This document shows, piece after piece, positions 50,891-63,908 of a stretch of 64,000 nt of DNA. The notes under the pieces are model-generated. The model was not told the DNA's origin and ran no database searches. It saw nothing but the letters and a program-made list of their open reading frames with translations. The position numbers were made by a program, and so were the translations under genes. The number at the start of each line of letters is the position of its first letter. The first letter of the stretch is position 1. Origin of the DNA: Macrostomum lignano (taxonomy: Eukaryota); assembly GCA_002269645.1 (NCBI GenBank), contig NIVC01000269.1:670687-734686 (forward strand). The letters are read 5' to 3'.

Positions 50891-52509
50891 CCCAAGCGTT
50901 AAAACCTTGGAAAGTAGCAGCCTGAGTCTTGTCTGGTGCATTTTGTCAGTAATTCTGTCATTTATGCAACGATTGCAAGTCGAAAAATGTCGCCTGACTC
51001 CGGATTTTAATGAAGCTGAACAAAGATTTTTATTGGCACGCGTTTTTTATCGTGCTCTTGTCCGCCGTCTTCATGGCTCAACTCTCCTTTGTAAATACGG
51101 TTCCGTATTTTTCTGCTTTCTTGGAGCTTTAGTCAAAGTCGCTTTGATATAAAAGACAAAAAACATCTCGCTTTTTATTAGCCTTTATGGATTGTGTACA
51201 TCGATTTTTGGGCAACATTTTGGATGCGTAAATATGCTTTTGTGAGGGTTCGTGTACGTATTACAGTTTTTGCACCAATTCTCCAAAATTAGCTGTACAT
51301 GACGTGCATTGGCCATCTAATCCCTCGAGAAAAAGGCGTTACGACGCTGTAGTAGGGGTTTATTCATTAGTAGTTCACGGCTGTTTTGAATGGCCAGTTA
51401 AGGGTCGACACAAATACCAACTTTATAAGTAGTCCATAGTAGCTCGTACTACAAACAGTGAGAGGGGTATGAAGTAGGGGCTTATTGTGTAGAACTAAAA
51501 TGCAGTTGAGAATAGGAAACATATTGGCAGTCTCTTTTGAGATTGTACGCTCGTACACGGCTCAAATCGCATCCCTATATCGGATGATAAAAATCTGAGC
51601 TCAAGCTTCCGCAATCGTTGTTGAAAAAAAGATCCATCGCGTCAAATTGGTTTGCGTGCATGACTGCATGTCTGGGCTGCTGACGAGGTGGAATTAAGCC
51701 TTGACAGACCATTAAGGAGTTTTATGAACTCGTATACGTATTATATTTTTAAGTCTTTGAAAGCATACGAGTATGAAAGTATTCGTAAGTATAGTTAGTG
51801 AACACCCTGGCGCAACACTTTCGGCGAAATCGTCCCACAACCAGCGCTGACGCTATTCTGGCCATTCCGCTGACTCCTAAGCACATGCCAAGTGCGCCAG
51901 TACTGTACGACTCGTATGCAGGCACGCACGCATACGCACACCAAGTTTCTCATCATCAGGCATGCACACTCTGTGCCTTTATGGAGTTGGCACTCATGGT
52001 TGTGAATCGCAGGACAACCCCTGGCCAATTTTTTTCGCACAAGCCTCAAATGAATGTAGCCGCAGAATGAAATCGAAACAGGGGTTGTGGTGCGCCCCCA
52101 AACAATATTCCTTGCCAGCTGCTGACTCAATATTTAACTGTGCTACACTAGCACAGAATCACAATGTATTGTCCTGTATTCATAATTTTTCCTTGGCATA
52201 AGCAACGATTCTTGATCATACGCTTCTTGATCATACGCTGCAGTAAAACATGGTACTACACTAATTTAGTTGCACATATGTATCTCATGCAAAGGCGTCC
52301 CAAGTCTAACGCTGACACAGCTGAATAAAAAAGTAACTTAATGCTCGTTTCAGCTACTGACAAATATTCCCATTAACTAATGAATACTAGCTGAAATAAT
52401 CGCTTCTTGGAATGCTTCACATAGACTCAATGGGTTTGGCTGGGTGCCACTGAGTGGCCTATCTAGTGGATATAAGATCTATGAGCTAGTCTAGATTGTG
52501 AACTCATAA

Positions 52510-53323
52510 AATCTGCAGCGAACTATGTTTGAATGTTATGGTGTAAATTTTTTATTTAAATATTTTTTACATTTAAGCGGATTTACCGAAAGAAGCAATA
52601 AAAGAAGCGCCATGTCATCAATAAAAGACTCATTGGATTTTTGCTAAGATTTCAAAGCTCAGAGAGGGTGAATTGCTGAGTTTTGAAGGCTCCTGGGTGG
52701 ATTGTCAGGATTTCAAAGGCTCACAGTGGAATAGCTGGAATTTCCGGCTCAAAAGGAATTTATGAAATGTCAAGACTCATTGTGTAATTTTTGAAATGCT
52801 GTGGCTAATGGGGAATTGCGGAAATGCTGTGGCTCGGCAGGGTTTGTGTGTTAGGGTTGGGGTTCAACCTTAAAACAATCGCCCTGTCAACCATAAAAGA
52901 CTCATGGGAGAATTAATAGGATGCCAAAGCTTTTAAGGGGGTAAATTGCCAAAATTCTTGGGCTCAGAAAGAATTCATGAAATGTCAAGTTTCATTGTTA
53001 GAATTGCTGAAATGCTATGGCTCATTGGGGAATCGCTCAAACATCAAGTTTTATGGCAAAATGTTGACGTGGCAAGCCTCATGGGGATATTACTAAAATA
53101 CTGTGGGCCTTATGGCGGTTGCTCAGATGCTTTGAGCAAAAGCTCATAGGGGATCTGATGTCTTTGGCAAGATAGATGGCCTCCATGGTGGATGCTTTTT
53201 GTTTTAAACATCATTTGCTTAAGAGATAAAAATAGTGACTGTACAAATTCAAAACCTGCATGTAGTCTATTCAATATCTCATTCCTTTTTTGGTGCCTTC
53301 CCAATAGAGGCGCAGATTGCTAT
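52510..53323 (+). mobile_element. Second, more diverged copy of the Helitron-like family seen at 5460-7237
   Basis: Shares aagaagcgccatgtca and gatttcaa(a/g)gct arrays, a ttagggtt patch, and the 3' end catgtag..ggtgcc..gaggcgcagattgcta. Confidence 0.5.
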
Positions 53324-55289
53324 TCAAATTTACTAAAAATGAAATGCTTTATGTCTCGATCAATTTTCAAAAAACTTGCACCATTCGTTCAGAAAATTTT
53401 AAGAGTTTTATGCATTTTGGCTAAGAAATTTCAGAATGCTAAGTGTAATAAACATTCGAAAAGCAAGTTTTCGACGATTGATCGACGATTAAAGGCGATC
53501 GACAATTCAAAAATTGCTCGACTGAACTTTGTTTCGGATTAAGATTGCATCACAACTATAGCTTCTTATTTATCATGATTAACAAGTTGAACTGGCTAAA
53601 TTTTGGCTCTGGTTTGGATTGGTTTGGACTCTAGCGAAACTCGATCGCACACTCGTCCGACCTCGCAAGCGCCGCAGCGTCAATAACTGCAACTGCGACA
53701 CCATGGCGGCGCTGGCTTACCGGTGCAGTGCACGAACTTCTGCTTCGCGACGTGCGACACAACGACCAGCTCTACAGACCTCCCAGCAGTAAGCACAATT
53801 ATTCCAAACAGATTAGCACCTATTAATAGCATTATTAGCAAATTAATAGCATTTATATGATTATGGAAAACAGCCAGGCTCGAAATATTATCATTTTCTC
53901 GTGATAACGGTGGGTCTTCACATTTTGTCATTGCTTTATGTCGTAATTCATTATCTAAAACCAAATACGTTGTGATGAAACTGTAGGAAATCCAAATTTT
54001 CTATTTACCCAGAGAGGCTTCGTGGCGAAAGCTTTTTAGCTTAGTTGAAAGCAATTTAGGCAAGGGATTCAGTGCTGCATTCTGTTCAGTCAGGACGCTC
54101 TAAAAACATCTTATAATGTAATAAAGTAAAACTGTTTTCACTCATAGGTAAAAAAGATATAAATTGTACAGGAAAACCGCTAGCCTCACAAGGGCAGACC
54201 AGCTCAGCGATTAACGTTTGACTCTCGTTACTCGCGACAAAGAAACTAGCTCGTAAGTGTCGATTCCAATTATTGACGCATTCAATCCTGGCTTGTGCAT
54301 TGCTCTTCTAAAATTTCACAAAAAGTCACAGATAAGTTCAGTTGCCTGAGTGTGTGCCTGCGTACGTATCCGTGTGCTCGTGCTGAGCGGGCGGACTGGG
54401 CTACCTTAGATGAACTAGGCTCCTACAATTTGCCCATCATCCACCTGGCCCGCTCTTTGTTTGTGCACAGGTCACTACGCCTCCGCTTGCGCATCCACGG
54501 CGTCGACGTCCAGTTGCTTTATACTGACGACATTCCAGACAGAAGAAGACAGCTATTTAACTGTGAATTGCAGGTAGCTCACGATGAAGTTGCCCCCAAA
54601 GCCAAAAGTTTAAACTCTCTCGCCCAATCAAACAATCAGTGTTTAGGTGATCGCTTTGCTAGTACTACGGTTGGGCATCAAAATAGCGAAATTAATTATC
54701 AGCCTCCACGCTTGGCATCAAGCTGATTTGCTGCACTTCAGCACTTTATACTTTATTACGTTGTTTGCTTTCACAATCACATAAAAACCTAGTGATTCAA
54801 AGTTCAGGCACACTTAACTGAATAATAAACAACAAAAAAGCAGGCCAAAAAGTATAACATGAAGCAAAGAAATAAGAAGCCCATCAACCGATGGGCATGT
54901 CCGAAAATCTCTTGGTGAACCAAACATAAACTGATGAGAATGCCCTAATACAAAAACTCCGCAGATTAATCGTCAAAGCTAGAACAGCATAGCTTAATAA
55001 AATTCTGCTTATAAAGTTTATAGGATAGCCACCAGCGTCATAAGGGCAGACCAGCCCAGCGGTTAACGTGTCTGACTCTTGACTCTCGTGACAAACTACC
55101 GAGGTACCATTCCAAGCATGGTCACTTTCAATTATTGACCACCAAGGCACAGATACGTAGTTTACTTGTCTGACAATGAGAAATTTAGGGCCGCTGTACA
55201 CTCTGTGTAAGTGCGCGCCTGTGTACACACTCGAGTGCGAGTGAGCGCTCAGTGGTAAGAAAGGAAGCCGTCCGTTCCAACGGCTATCC

Positions 55290-55910
55290 TTAAAAGACTG
55301 TCTTGCCGAATAGCCAACCAGGTCAACTGCATGGCGTTTGCAAAATCCACAAACCGGACAAGCCCCTTGGACCGATTGTCTCCATGATTATTACTGCTAA
55401 GTACCAATTAGCTAAATATCGCGATCATCTGATCCGGCTAACCATTCCGCGTGAACATTCCAGCAAATCGACCAATAAATTTATGAATCATTTGAAAGAA
55501 GTTAGCCCAACTAACGTAAGCTAAATTTGCAGTTTTGATGTGACTTCTCTGTTCACGAACCTTCGTCTACAGTTGGCGATCGATCTGGCCGCTGATTTTG
55601 TCTATGCACATGCTCCCCTAAGTTTCCAAAAAGTTTCAATAAACTAATAAATTTTGTCACTTCTGGGCTGTTCCTGTTCAATGATCAGTACTATTGCCAA
55701 ATTAATTAACGACTGCACAATGGGTAGCCTTCTCGCGCCTTTAGCCAACATTTGGATTGCGCACTGGGGGAAGCAGTGGATGACACCCTAAATTGTGCGC
55801 CTAGATTCTACAAACACTATGTTGACGACACTTTTGCCATTTTCAAAGCGAACTCGTATCATGAACGGTTTCTTACCGCTCTGAACTCCACTCATAAAAA
55901 CATCCAGACT
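55290..55910 (+). mobile_element. Penelope-like RT remnant
   Basis: PGQLHGVCKIHKPDKPLGPIVS, SFDVTSLFTN, CTMGSLLAP, RFYKHYVDDTFAIF..FLTALNSTHKNI. Stops and frameshifts present. Confidence 0.8.
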
Positions 55911-56588
55911 TAGCATACCGGAATCAATGTACATCAAGAATAAAAAAACAAGTCTCAATGTCCAGCTTATTCACAGTGGTGCGGGTCATTTGTTCAAGGT
56001 ATTCTTAGTGTAGGCACGAAGCATTGTAGTGCGCCCGCCTGTTTAAAACTTCCATCCAATGTACCTTCATAATTGGACAATCTGCCCCCCTTTGGACTGT
56101 ACAGAAACGTTTTCTTATATAATTTGATGCATACGTGAAAAATAAAATATATCTCAGACGCTGAACATGGCCGCTGACTAAACCAAACGCGTTGGCTGAC
56201 TGATTTAATTAAAGCAATCTATGTTGGTTTTGTTATTTATATTTCTGTGCTTACTCAAGCGAGCTACTTTTTAGCTCAACAAAAGCTTCTGATGCATTCT
56301 GACCTCTACGTTATGTCGGATATACGTTCAACTCTAGTTGTTGCCTTGATAGGGTTGATTCTGGGCATCTCTGCACTTCGCACCGACAATGATATTGTCA
56401 TTTTCGTTGGGATTAAAATAGCAACAATGCAATTAACCGGTTCTCTCTCTCTCTCGCTCTCTCTTGCTCTCTTTCTCTGTCGTTTGGAGCCATTCGACAC
56501 TCATCTAATACCCAAAAAGGAAATAATAAAAAAGACAATGAACGAACAGCTTCAACGGAAATAATAACGCATACTTCCTTTCAATCGG

Positions 56589-56594
56589 TTTATT
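56589..56594 (-). terminator. Polyadenylation signal of peptide gene
   Basis: AATAAA ~104 nt after the stop codon, conserved in all copies. Confidence 0.5.
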
Positions 56595-56697
56595 TTTCAG
56601 TTTTGAATCAACTGAATCGCAGGTTGTCAAAACGCACTCCTCCTATTCTAGGACAATCGACGGTCATGCTTCCATCGTTACCTTAATTAAAACAGAT

Positions 56698-56883
56698 TTA
56701 TCCGCCATATCCTTCGCAAGGTACAAAATCCCCTGCGCCAGCGCAACCCAAACCGCTATTACATAATTCAGGATAGCTGATGTAGCAGACTTCTTGCAAG
56801 CAGTAACAGCCTTGTCCATTGGCTGAATATGCTGCAAACGCAAGAAGCAACACCAGAAGAGAGAGGAAAGCTAGTCTCTGCAT
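56698..56883 (-). CDS. Secreted six-cysteine peptide precursor, copy 1 (61 aa)
   Basis: MQRLAFLSLLVLLLAFAAYSANG (signal-peptide-like) + QGCYCLQEVCYISYPELCNSGLGCAGAGDFVPCEGYGG. ATG in tcaaATG context, with TATA upstream and AATAAA downstream. Confidence 0.75.
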   Translation of the reverse strand: MQRLAFLSLLVLLLAFAAYSANGQGCYCLQEVCYISYPELCNSGLGCAGAGDFVPCEGYGG

Positions 56884-56973
56884 TTGAACGGCGCTTGTTG
56901 CGATAAAAAAGGGACAAAACTTGCTGTCTCTTAGTGATTTCAATCAGCAATACTGCCAAATGCCCATGCAAGG

Positions 56974-56980
56974 CTATATA
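56974..56980 (-). promoter_or_regulatory. TATA box of peptide gene (present in copies 1-3; copy 4's lies at the window edge)
   Basis: TATATAG lies 26 nt upstream of an initiator-like GCAGT and 97 nt upstream of the ATG. Confidence 0.55.
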
Positions 56981-57664
56981 GAAAATCAGTCCGGATGCGA
57001 TAAGCAGATTTATTATCGAAAGCTCCTTATTTGGTATACACTGCATATACACACGCACACGCCTAGTAGCGATTATTGGTCGGACACACAATCTGAAAGA
57101 TTTTAGAAATTAGCGATGTTGAATGAACAGGAAAGGCGATAAGGGTAAACAGGCAGAGCACTACGGTAGGAGCACTAGCAGAATGCCGATTCCGAATGCA
57201 GAGTTGCGTTAAGAAATTTCCACTGACACTGGCAGGTGGAGTCTGGCTGATCACCACTTTAGCATCGATAGCATACTATACGAGAGTATTTTAGGCACGG
57301 CGAGATAGGAAAACGAGTTGAAGATTGAAGATTTAAGATTGGAGATTGATTGAAGACGGAGCATCATTGACTTTGCTAGGGGTAAAATATCCAGCGCGAC
57401 AGATAAAACATTTTTTATTATCGATAGGAGATGGGTACAGGCAAGGTGCAAGGTGAGAATATTGAACATTAATTAGCTAGCCCAGGGAGGTGACGGTAAA
57501 ATGACTGACCGCAAGCTACGTAGTGTACAAGTGTACATAAAAAGCTGCTTTGACTGGCCGACAAAACCATCAAAACAGCACTGCCTTGCAGCTTAATGAA
57601 AAGCGGTAGGCTGTGCGGCATCTTGCTTATTTTTAGGTTTGATGTTTGATGTTTTATCTGTCGC

Positions 57665-57960
57665 ATACGGATATCGAGATGCTGTTAAGGAACGCCGAGA
57701 CCTGGACGCTGACGGAATCGCTCGAACAGCAGGGTCGATGCGGCGCACGCTGGCCTGCTGCGCGCCGCCTTCAAGATCGGTTACGAGCGAGTCACCAATG
57801 CGGCACTCTATTGCTGCACCGGCCTGCTCCGTCCAAGCGAGCTGTTGTGCCGTCGGCGACTCCAGCTGGCAGGCCATATTTTATCCGAGCCGAGTCGTAC
57901 TGCCCACAGCCGGTGCAGGAGGTGCTGCTGCTGACGCTGCAAGCACCCTACCGGCGGGGG
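57665..57960 (+). mobile_element. RTE-clade LINE remnant ending at the unit junction (also ~60075-60372 and ~62495-62792)
   Basis: ETWTLTESLEQQ and IRAESYCPQPVQEVLLLTLQAPYRRG, the same family as 30735-31862. Confidence 0.8.
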
Positions 57961-58888
57961 AAGCAGTGGATGACACCCTAAATTGTGCGCCTAGATTCTA
58001 CAAACACTATGTTGACGACACTTTTGCCATTTTCAAAGCGAACTCGTATCATGAACGGTTTCTTACCGCTCTGAACTCCACTCATAAAAACATCCAGACT
58101 TAGCATACCGGAATCAATGTACATCAAGAATAAAAAAACAAGTCTCAATGTCCAGCTTATTCACAGTGGTGCGGGTCATTTGTTCAAGGTATTCTTAGTG
58201 TAGGCACGAAGCATTGTAGTGCGCCCGCCTGTTTAAAACTTCCATCCAATGTACCTTCATAATTGGACAATCTGCCCCCCCTTTGGACTGTACAGAAACG
58301 TTTTCTTATATAATTTGATGCATACGTGAAAAATAAAATATATCTCAGACGCTGAACATGGCCGCTGACTAAACCAAACGCGTTGGCTGACTGATTTAAT
58401 TAAAGCAATCTATGTTGGTTTTGTTATTTATATTTCTGTGCTTACTCAAGCGAGCTACTTTTTAGCTCAACAAAAGCTTCTGATGCATTCTGACCTCTAC
58501 GTTATGTCGGATATACGTTCAACTCTAGTTGTTGCCTTGATAGGGTTGATTCTGGGCATCTCTGCACTTCGCACCGACAATGATATTGTCATTTTCGTTG
58601 GGATTAAAATAGCAACAATGCAATTAACCGGTTCTCTCTCTCTCTCGCTCTCTCTTGCTCTCTTTCTCTGTCGTTTGGAGCCATTCGACACTCATCTAAT
58701 ACCCAAAAAGGAAATAATAAAAAAGACAATGAACGAACAGCTTCAACGGAAATAATAACGCATACTTCCTTTCAATCGGTTTATTTTTCAGTTTTGAATC
58801 AACTGAATCGCAGGTTGTCAAAACGCACTCCTCCTATTCTAGGACAATCGACGGTCATGCTTCCATCGTTACCTTAATTAAAACAGAT

Positions 58889-59074
58889 TTATCCGCCATA
58901 TCCTTCGCAAGGTACAAAATCCCCTGCGCCAGCGCAACCCAAACCGCTATTACATAATTCAGGATAGCTGATGTAGCAGACTTCTTGCAAGCAGTAACAG
59001 CCTTGTCCATTGGCTGAATATGCTGCAAACGCAAGAAGCAACACCAGAAGAGAGAGGAAAGCTAGTCTCTGCAT
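58889..59074 (-). CDS. Secreted six-cysteine peptide precursor, copy 2
   Basis: Identical translation to copy 1. Confidence 0.75.
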   Translation of the reverse strand: MQRLAFLSLLVLLLAFAAYSANGQGCYCLQEVCYISYPELCNSGLGCAGAGDFVPCEGYGG

Positions 59075-61301
59075 TTGAACGGCGCTTGTTGCGATAAAAA
59101 AGGGACAAAACTTGCTGTCTCTTAGTGATTTCAATCAGCAATACTGCCAAATGCCCATGCAAGGCTATATAGAAAATCAGTCCGGATGCGATAAGCAGAT
59201 TTATTATCGGAAAGCTCCTTATTTGGTATACACTGCATATACACACGCACACGCCTAGTAGCGATTATTGGTCGGACACACAATCTGAAAGATTTTAGAA
59301 ATTAGCGATGTTGAATGAACAGGAAAGGCGATAAAGGTAAACAGGCAGAGCACTACGGTAGGAGCACTAGCAGAATGCCGATTCCGAATGCAGAGTTGCG
59401 TTAAGAAATTTCCACTGACACTGGCAGGTGGAGTCTGGCTGATCACCACTTTAGCATCGATAGCATACTATACGAGAGTATTTTAGGCACGGCGAGATAG
59501 GAAAACGAGTTGAAGATTGAAGATTTAAGATTGGAGATTGATTGAAGACGGAGCATCATTGACTTTGCTAGGGGTAAAATATCCAGCGCGACAGATAAAA
59601 CATTTTTTATTATCGATAGGAGATGGGTACAGGCAAGGTGCAAGGTGAGAATATTGAACATTAATTAGCTAGCCCAGGGAGGTGACGGTAAAATGACTGA
59701 CCGCAAGCTACGTAGTGTACAAGTGTACATAAAAAGCTGCTTTGACTGGCCGACAAAACCATCAAGACAGCACTGCCTTGCAGCTTAATGAAAAGCGGTA
59801 GGCTGTGCGGCATTTTGCTTATTTTTAGGTTTGCATAATTAAGCTAAAGAGAGTAAATCCAGAAAAGAGATGCTAAGCTGTGGACAAGAATGACGCTTAG
59901 CACCTCTCCACAGACAATCCCGTTTCTGGTTTATCCAGCCTGGGGCTGGTGCACATTTTCGGTTTGGGAGGCCGTAATTACGTGCTGGCTGCTGTCTGGT
60001 GCAGGTGCAATTGCGCGCGTGCACTATCCCTGGATGATAACGCTGAAGCCAAAGCTTTTTAAGCCCAGGCCGATAGCATACGGATATCGAGATGCTGTTA
60101 AGGAACGCCGAGACCTGGACGCTGACGGAATCGCTCGAACAGCAGGGTCGATGCGGCGCACGCTGGCCTGCTGCGCGCCGCCTTCAAGATCGGTTACGAG
60201 CGAGTCACCAATGCGGCACTCTATTGCTGCACCGGCCTGCTCCGTCCAAGCGAGCTGTTGTGCCGTCGGCGACTCCAGCTGGCAGGCCATATTTTATCCG
60301 AGCCGAGTCGTACTGCCCACAGCCGGTGCAGGAGGTGCTGCTGCTGACGCTGCAAGCACCCTACCGGCGGGGAAGCAGTGGATGACACCCTAAATTGTGC
60401 GCCTAGATTCTACAAACACTATGTTGACGACACTTTTGCCATTTTCAAAGCGAACTCGTATCATGAACGGTTTCTTACCGCTCTGAACTCCACTCATAAA
60501 AACATCCAGACTTAGCATACCGGAATCAATGTACATCAAGAATAAAAAAACAAGTCTCAATGTCCAGCTTATTCACAGTGGTGCGGGTCATTTGTTCAAG
60601 GTATTCTTAGTGTAGGCACGAAGCATTGTAGTGCGCCCGCCTGTTTAAAACTTCCATCCAATGTACCTTCATAATTGGACAATCTGCCCCCCTTTGGACT
60701 GTACAGAAACGTTTTCTTATATAATTTGATGCATACGTGAAAAATAAAATATATCTCAGACGCTGAACATGGCCGCTGACTAAACCAAACGCGTTGGCTG
60801 ACTGATTTAATTAAAGCAATCTATGTTGGTTTTGTTATTTATATTTCTGTGCTTACTCAAGCGAGCTACTTTTTAGCTCAACAAAAGCTTCTGATGCATT
60901 CTGACCTCTACGTTATGTCGGATATACGTTCAACTCTAGTTGTTGCCTTGATAGGGTTGATTCTGGGCATCTCTGCACTTCGCACCGACAATGATATTGT
61001 CATTTTCGTTGGGATTAAAATAGCAACAATGCAATTAACCGGTTCTCTCTCTCTCTCTCGCTCTCTCTTGCTCTCTTTCTCTGTCGTTTGGAGCCATTCG
61101 ACACTCATCTAATACCCAAAAAGGAAATAATAAAAAAGACAATGAACGAACAGCTTCAACGGAAATAATAACGCATACTTCCTTTCAATCGGTTTATTTT
61201 TCAGTTTTGAATCAACTGAATCGCAGGTTGTCAAAACGCACTCCTCCTATTCTAGGACAATCGACGGTCATGCTTCCATCGTTACCTTAATTAAAACAGA
61301 T

Positions 61302-61487
61302 TTATCCGCCATATCCTTCGCAAGGTACAAAATCCCCTGCGCCAGCGCAACCCAAACCGCTATTACATAATTCAGGATAGCTGATGTAGCAGACTTCTTG
61401 CAAGCAGTAACAGCCTTGTCCATTGGCTGAATATGCTGCAAACGCAAGAAGCAACACCAGAAGAGAGAGGAAAGCTAGTCTCTGCAT
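61302..61487 (-). CDS. Secreted six-cysteine peptide precursor, copy 3
   Basis: Identical translation to copy 1. Confidence 0.75.
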   Translation of the reverse strand: MQRLAFLSLLVLLLAFAAYSANGQGCYCLQEVCYISYPELCNSGLGCAGAGDFVPCEGYGG

Positions 61488-63722
61488 TTGAACGGCGCTT
61501 GTTGCGATAAAAAAGGGACAAAACTTGCTGTCTCTTAGTGATTTCAATCAGCAATACTGCCAAATGCCCATGCAAGGCTATATAGAAAATCAGTCCGGAT
61601 GCGATAAGCAGATTTATTATCGGAAAGCTCCTTATTTGGTATACACTGCATATACACACGCACACGCCTAGTAGCGATTATTGGTCGGACACACAATCTG
61701 AAAGATTTTAGAAATTAGCGATGTTGAATGAACAGGAAAGGCGATAAAGGTAAACAGGCAGAGCACTACGGTAGGAGCACTAGCAGAATGCCGATTCCGA
61801 ATGCAGAGTTGCGTTAAGAAATTTCCACTGACACTGGCAGGTGGAGTCTGGCTGATCACCTAGCATCGATAGCATCGATAGCATACTATACGAGAGTATT
61901 TTAGGCACGGCGAGATAGGAAAACGAGTTGAAGATTGAAGATTTAAGATTGGAGATTGATTGAAGACGGAGCATCATTGACTTTGCTAGGGGTAAAATAT
62001 CCAGCGCGACAGATAAAACATTTTTTTATTATCGATAGGAGATGGGTACAGGCAAGGTGCAAGGTGAGAATATTGAACATTAATTAGCTAGCCCAGGGAG
62101 GTGACGGTAAAATGACTGACCGCAAGCTACGTAGTGTACAAGTGTACATAAAAAGCTGCTTTGACTGGCCGACAAAACCATCAAGACAGCACTGCCTTGC
62201 AGCTTAATGAAAAGCGGTAGGCTGTGCGGCATTTTGCTTATTTTTAGGTTTGCATAATTAAGCTAAAGAGAGTAAATCCAGAAAAGAGATGCTAAGCTGT
62301 GGACAAGAATGACGCTTAGCACCTCTCCACAGACAATCCCGTTTCTGGTTTATCCAGCCTGGGGCTGGTGCACATTTTCGGTTTGGGAGGCCGTAATTAC
62401 GTGCTGGCTGCTGTCTGGTGCAGGTGTGCAATTGCGCGCGTGCACTATCCCTGGATGATAACGCTGAAGCCAAAGCTTTTTAAGCCCAGGCGATAGCATA
62501 CGGATATCGAGATGCTGTTAAGGAACGCCGAGACCTGGACGCTGACGGAATCGCTCGAACAGCAGGGTCGATGCGGCGCACGCTGGCCTGCTGCGCGCCG
62601 CCTTCAAGATCGGTTACGAGCGAGTCACCAATGCGGCACTCTATTGCTGCACCGGCCTGCTCCGTCCAAGCGAGCTGTTGTGCCGTCGGCGACTCCAGCT
62701 GGCAGGCCATATTTTATCCGAGCCGAGTCGTACTGCCCACAGCCGGTGCAGGAGGTGCTGCTGCTGACGCTGCAAGCACCCTACCGGCGGGGAAGCAGTG
62801 GATGACACCCTAAATTGTGCGCCTAGATTCTACAAACACTATGTTGACGACACTTTTGCCATTTTCAAAGCGAACTCGTATCATGAACGGTTTCTTACCG
62901 CTCTGAACTCCACTCATAAAAACATCCAGACTTAGCATACCGGAATCAATGTACATCAAGAATAAAAAAACAAGTCTCAATGTCCAGCTTATTCACAGTG
63001 GTGCGGGTCATTTGTTCAAGGTATTCTTAGTGTAGGCACGAAGCATTGTAGTGCGCCCGCCTGTTTAAAACTTCCATCCAATGTACCTTCATAATTGGAC
63101 AATCTGCCCCCCCTTTGGACTGTACAGAAACGTTTTCTTATATAATTTGATGCATACGTGAAAAATAAAATATATCTCAGACGCTGAACATGGCCGCTGA
63201 CTAAACCAAACGCGTTGGCTGACTGATTTAATTAAAGCAATCTATGTTGGTTTTGTTATTTATATTTCTGTGCTTACTCAAGCGAGCTACTTTTTAGCTC
63301 AACAAAAGCTTCTGATGCATTCTGACCTCTACGTTATGTCGGATATACGTTCAACTCTAGTTGTTGCCTTGATAGGGTTGATTCTGGCATCTCTGCACTT
63401 CGCACCGACAATGATATTGTCATTTTCGTTGGGATTAAAATAGCAACAATGCAATTAACCGGTTCTCTCTCTCTCTCGCTCTCTCTCTGCTTGCTCTCTT
63501 CTCTGTCGTTTGGAGCCATTCGACACTCATCTAATACCCAAAAAGGAAATAATAAAAAAGACAATGAACGAACAGCTTCAACGGAAATAATAACGCATAC
63601 TTCCTTCAATCGGTTTATTTTTCAGTTTTGAATCAACTGAATCGCAGGTTGTCAAAACGCACTCCTCCTATTCTAGGACAATCGACGGTCATGCTTCCAT
63701 CGTTACCTTAATTAAAACAGAT

Positions 63723-63908
63723 TTATCCGCCATATCCTTCGCAAGGTACAAAATCCCCTGCGCCAGCGCAACCCAAACCGCTATTACATAATTCAGGATA
63801 GCTGATGTAGCAGACTTCTTGCAAGCAGTAACAGCCTTGTCCATTGGCTGAATATGCTGCAAACGCAAGAAGCAACACCAGAAGAGAGAGGAAAGCTAGT
63901 CTCTGCAT
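63723..63908 (-). CDS. Secreted six-cysteine peptide precursor, copy 4
   Basis: Identical translation to copy 1. Confidence 0.75.
   Translation of the reverse strand: MQRLAFLSLLVLLLAFAAYSANGQGCYCLQEVCYISYPELCNSGLGCAGAGDFVPCEGYGG

Noticed and set aside
54929-54965. Hammerhead ribozyme at CTGATGAG (also CTGATGA on the minus strand near 51955 and at 13447)
   Set aside because: No stem II followed by GAAA at workable spacing.
56247-56564. 105-aa hydrophobic ORF repeated in each array unit
   Set aside because: GTG start, runs through a (CT)n tract, is frameshifted in units 3 and 4, and has no recognisable motif.
56884-56943. 81-aa version of the peptide ORF starting MKSLRDSKF
   Set aside because: That start is TTG and lies at or near the predicted transcription start. 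The ATG at 56883 gives a proper signal peptide.
57639-58103. 154-aa ORF as a real gene
   Set aside because: Chance fusion of an out-of-frame RTE remnant with the Penelope RT fragment across the duplication junction.
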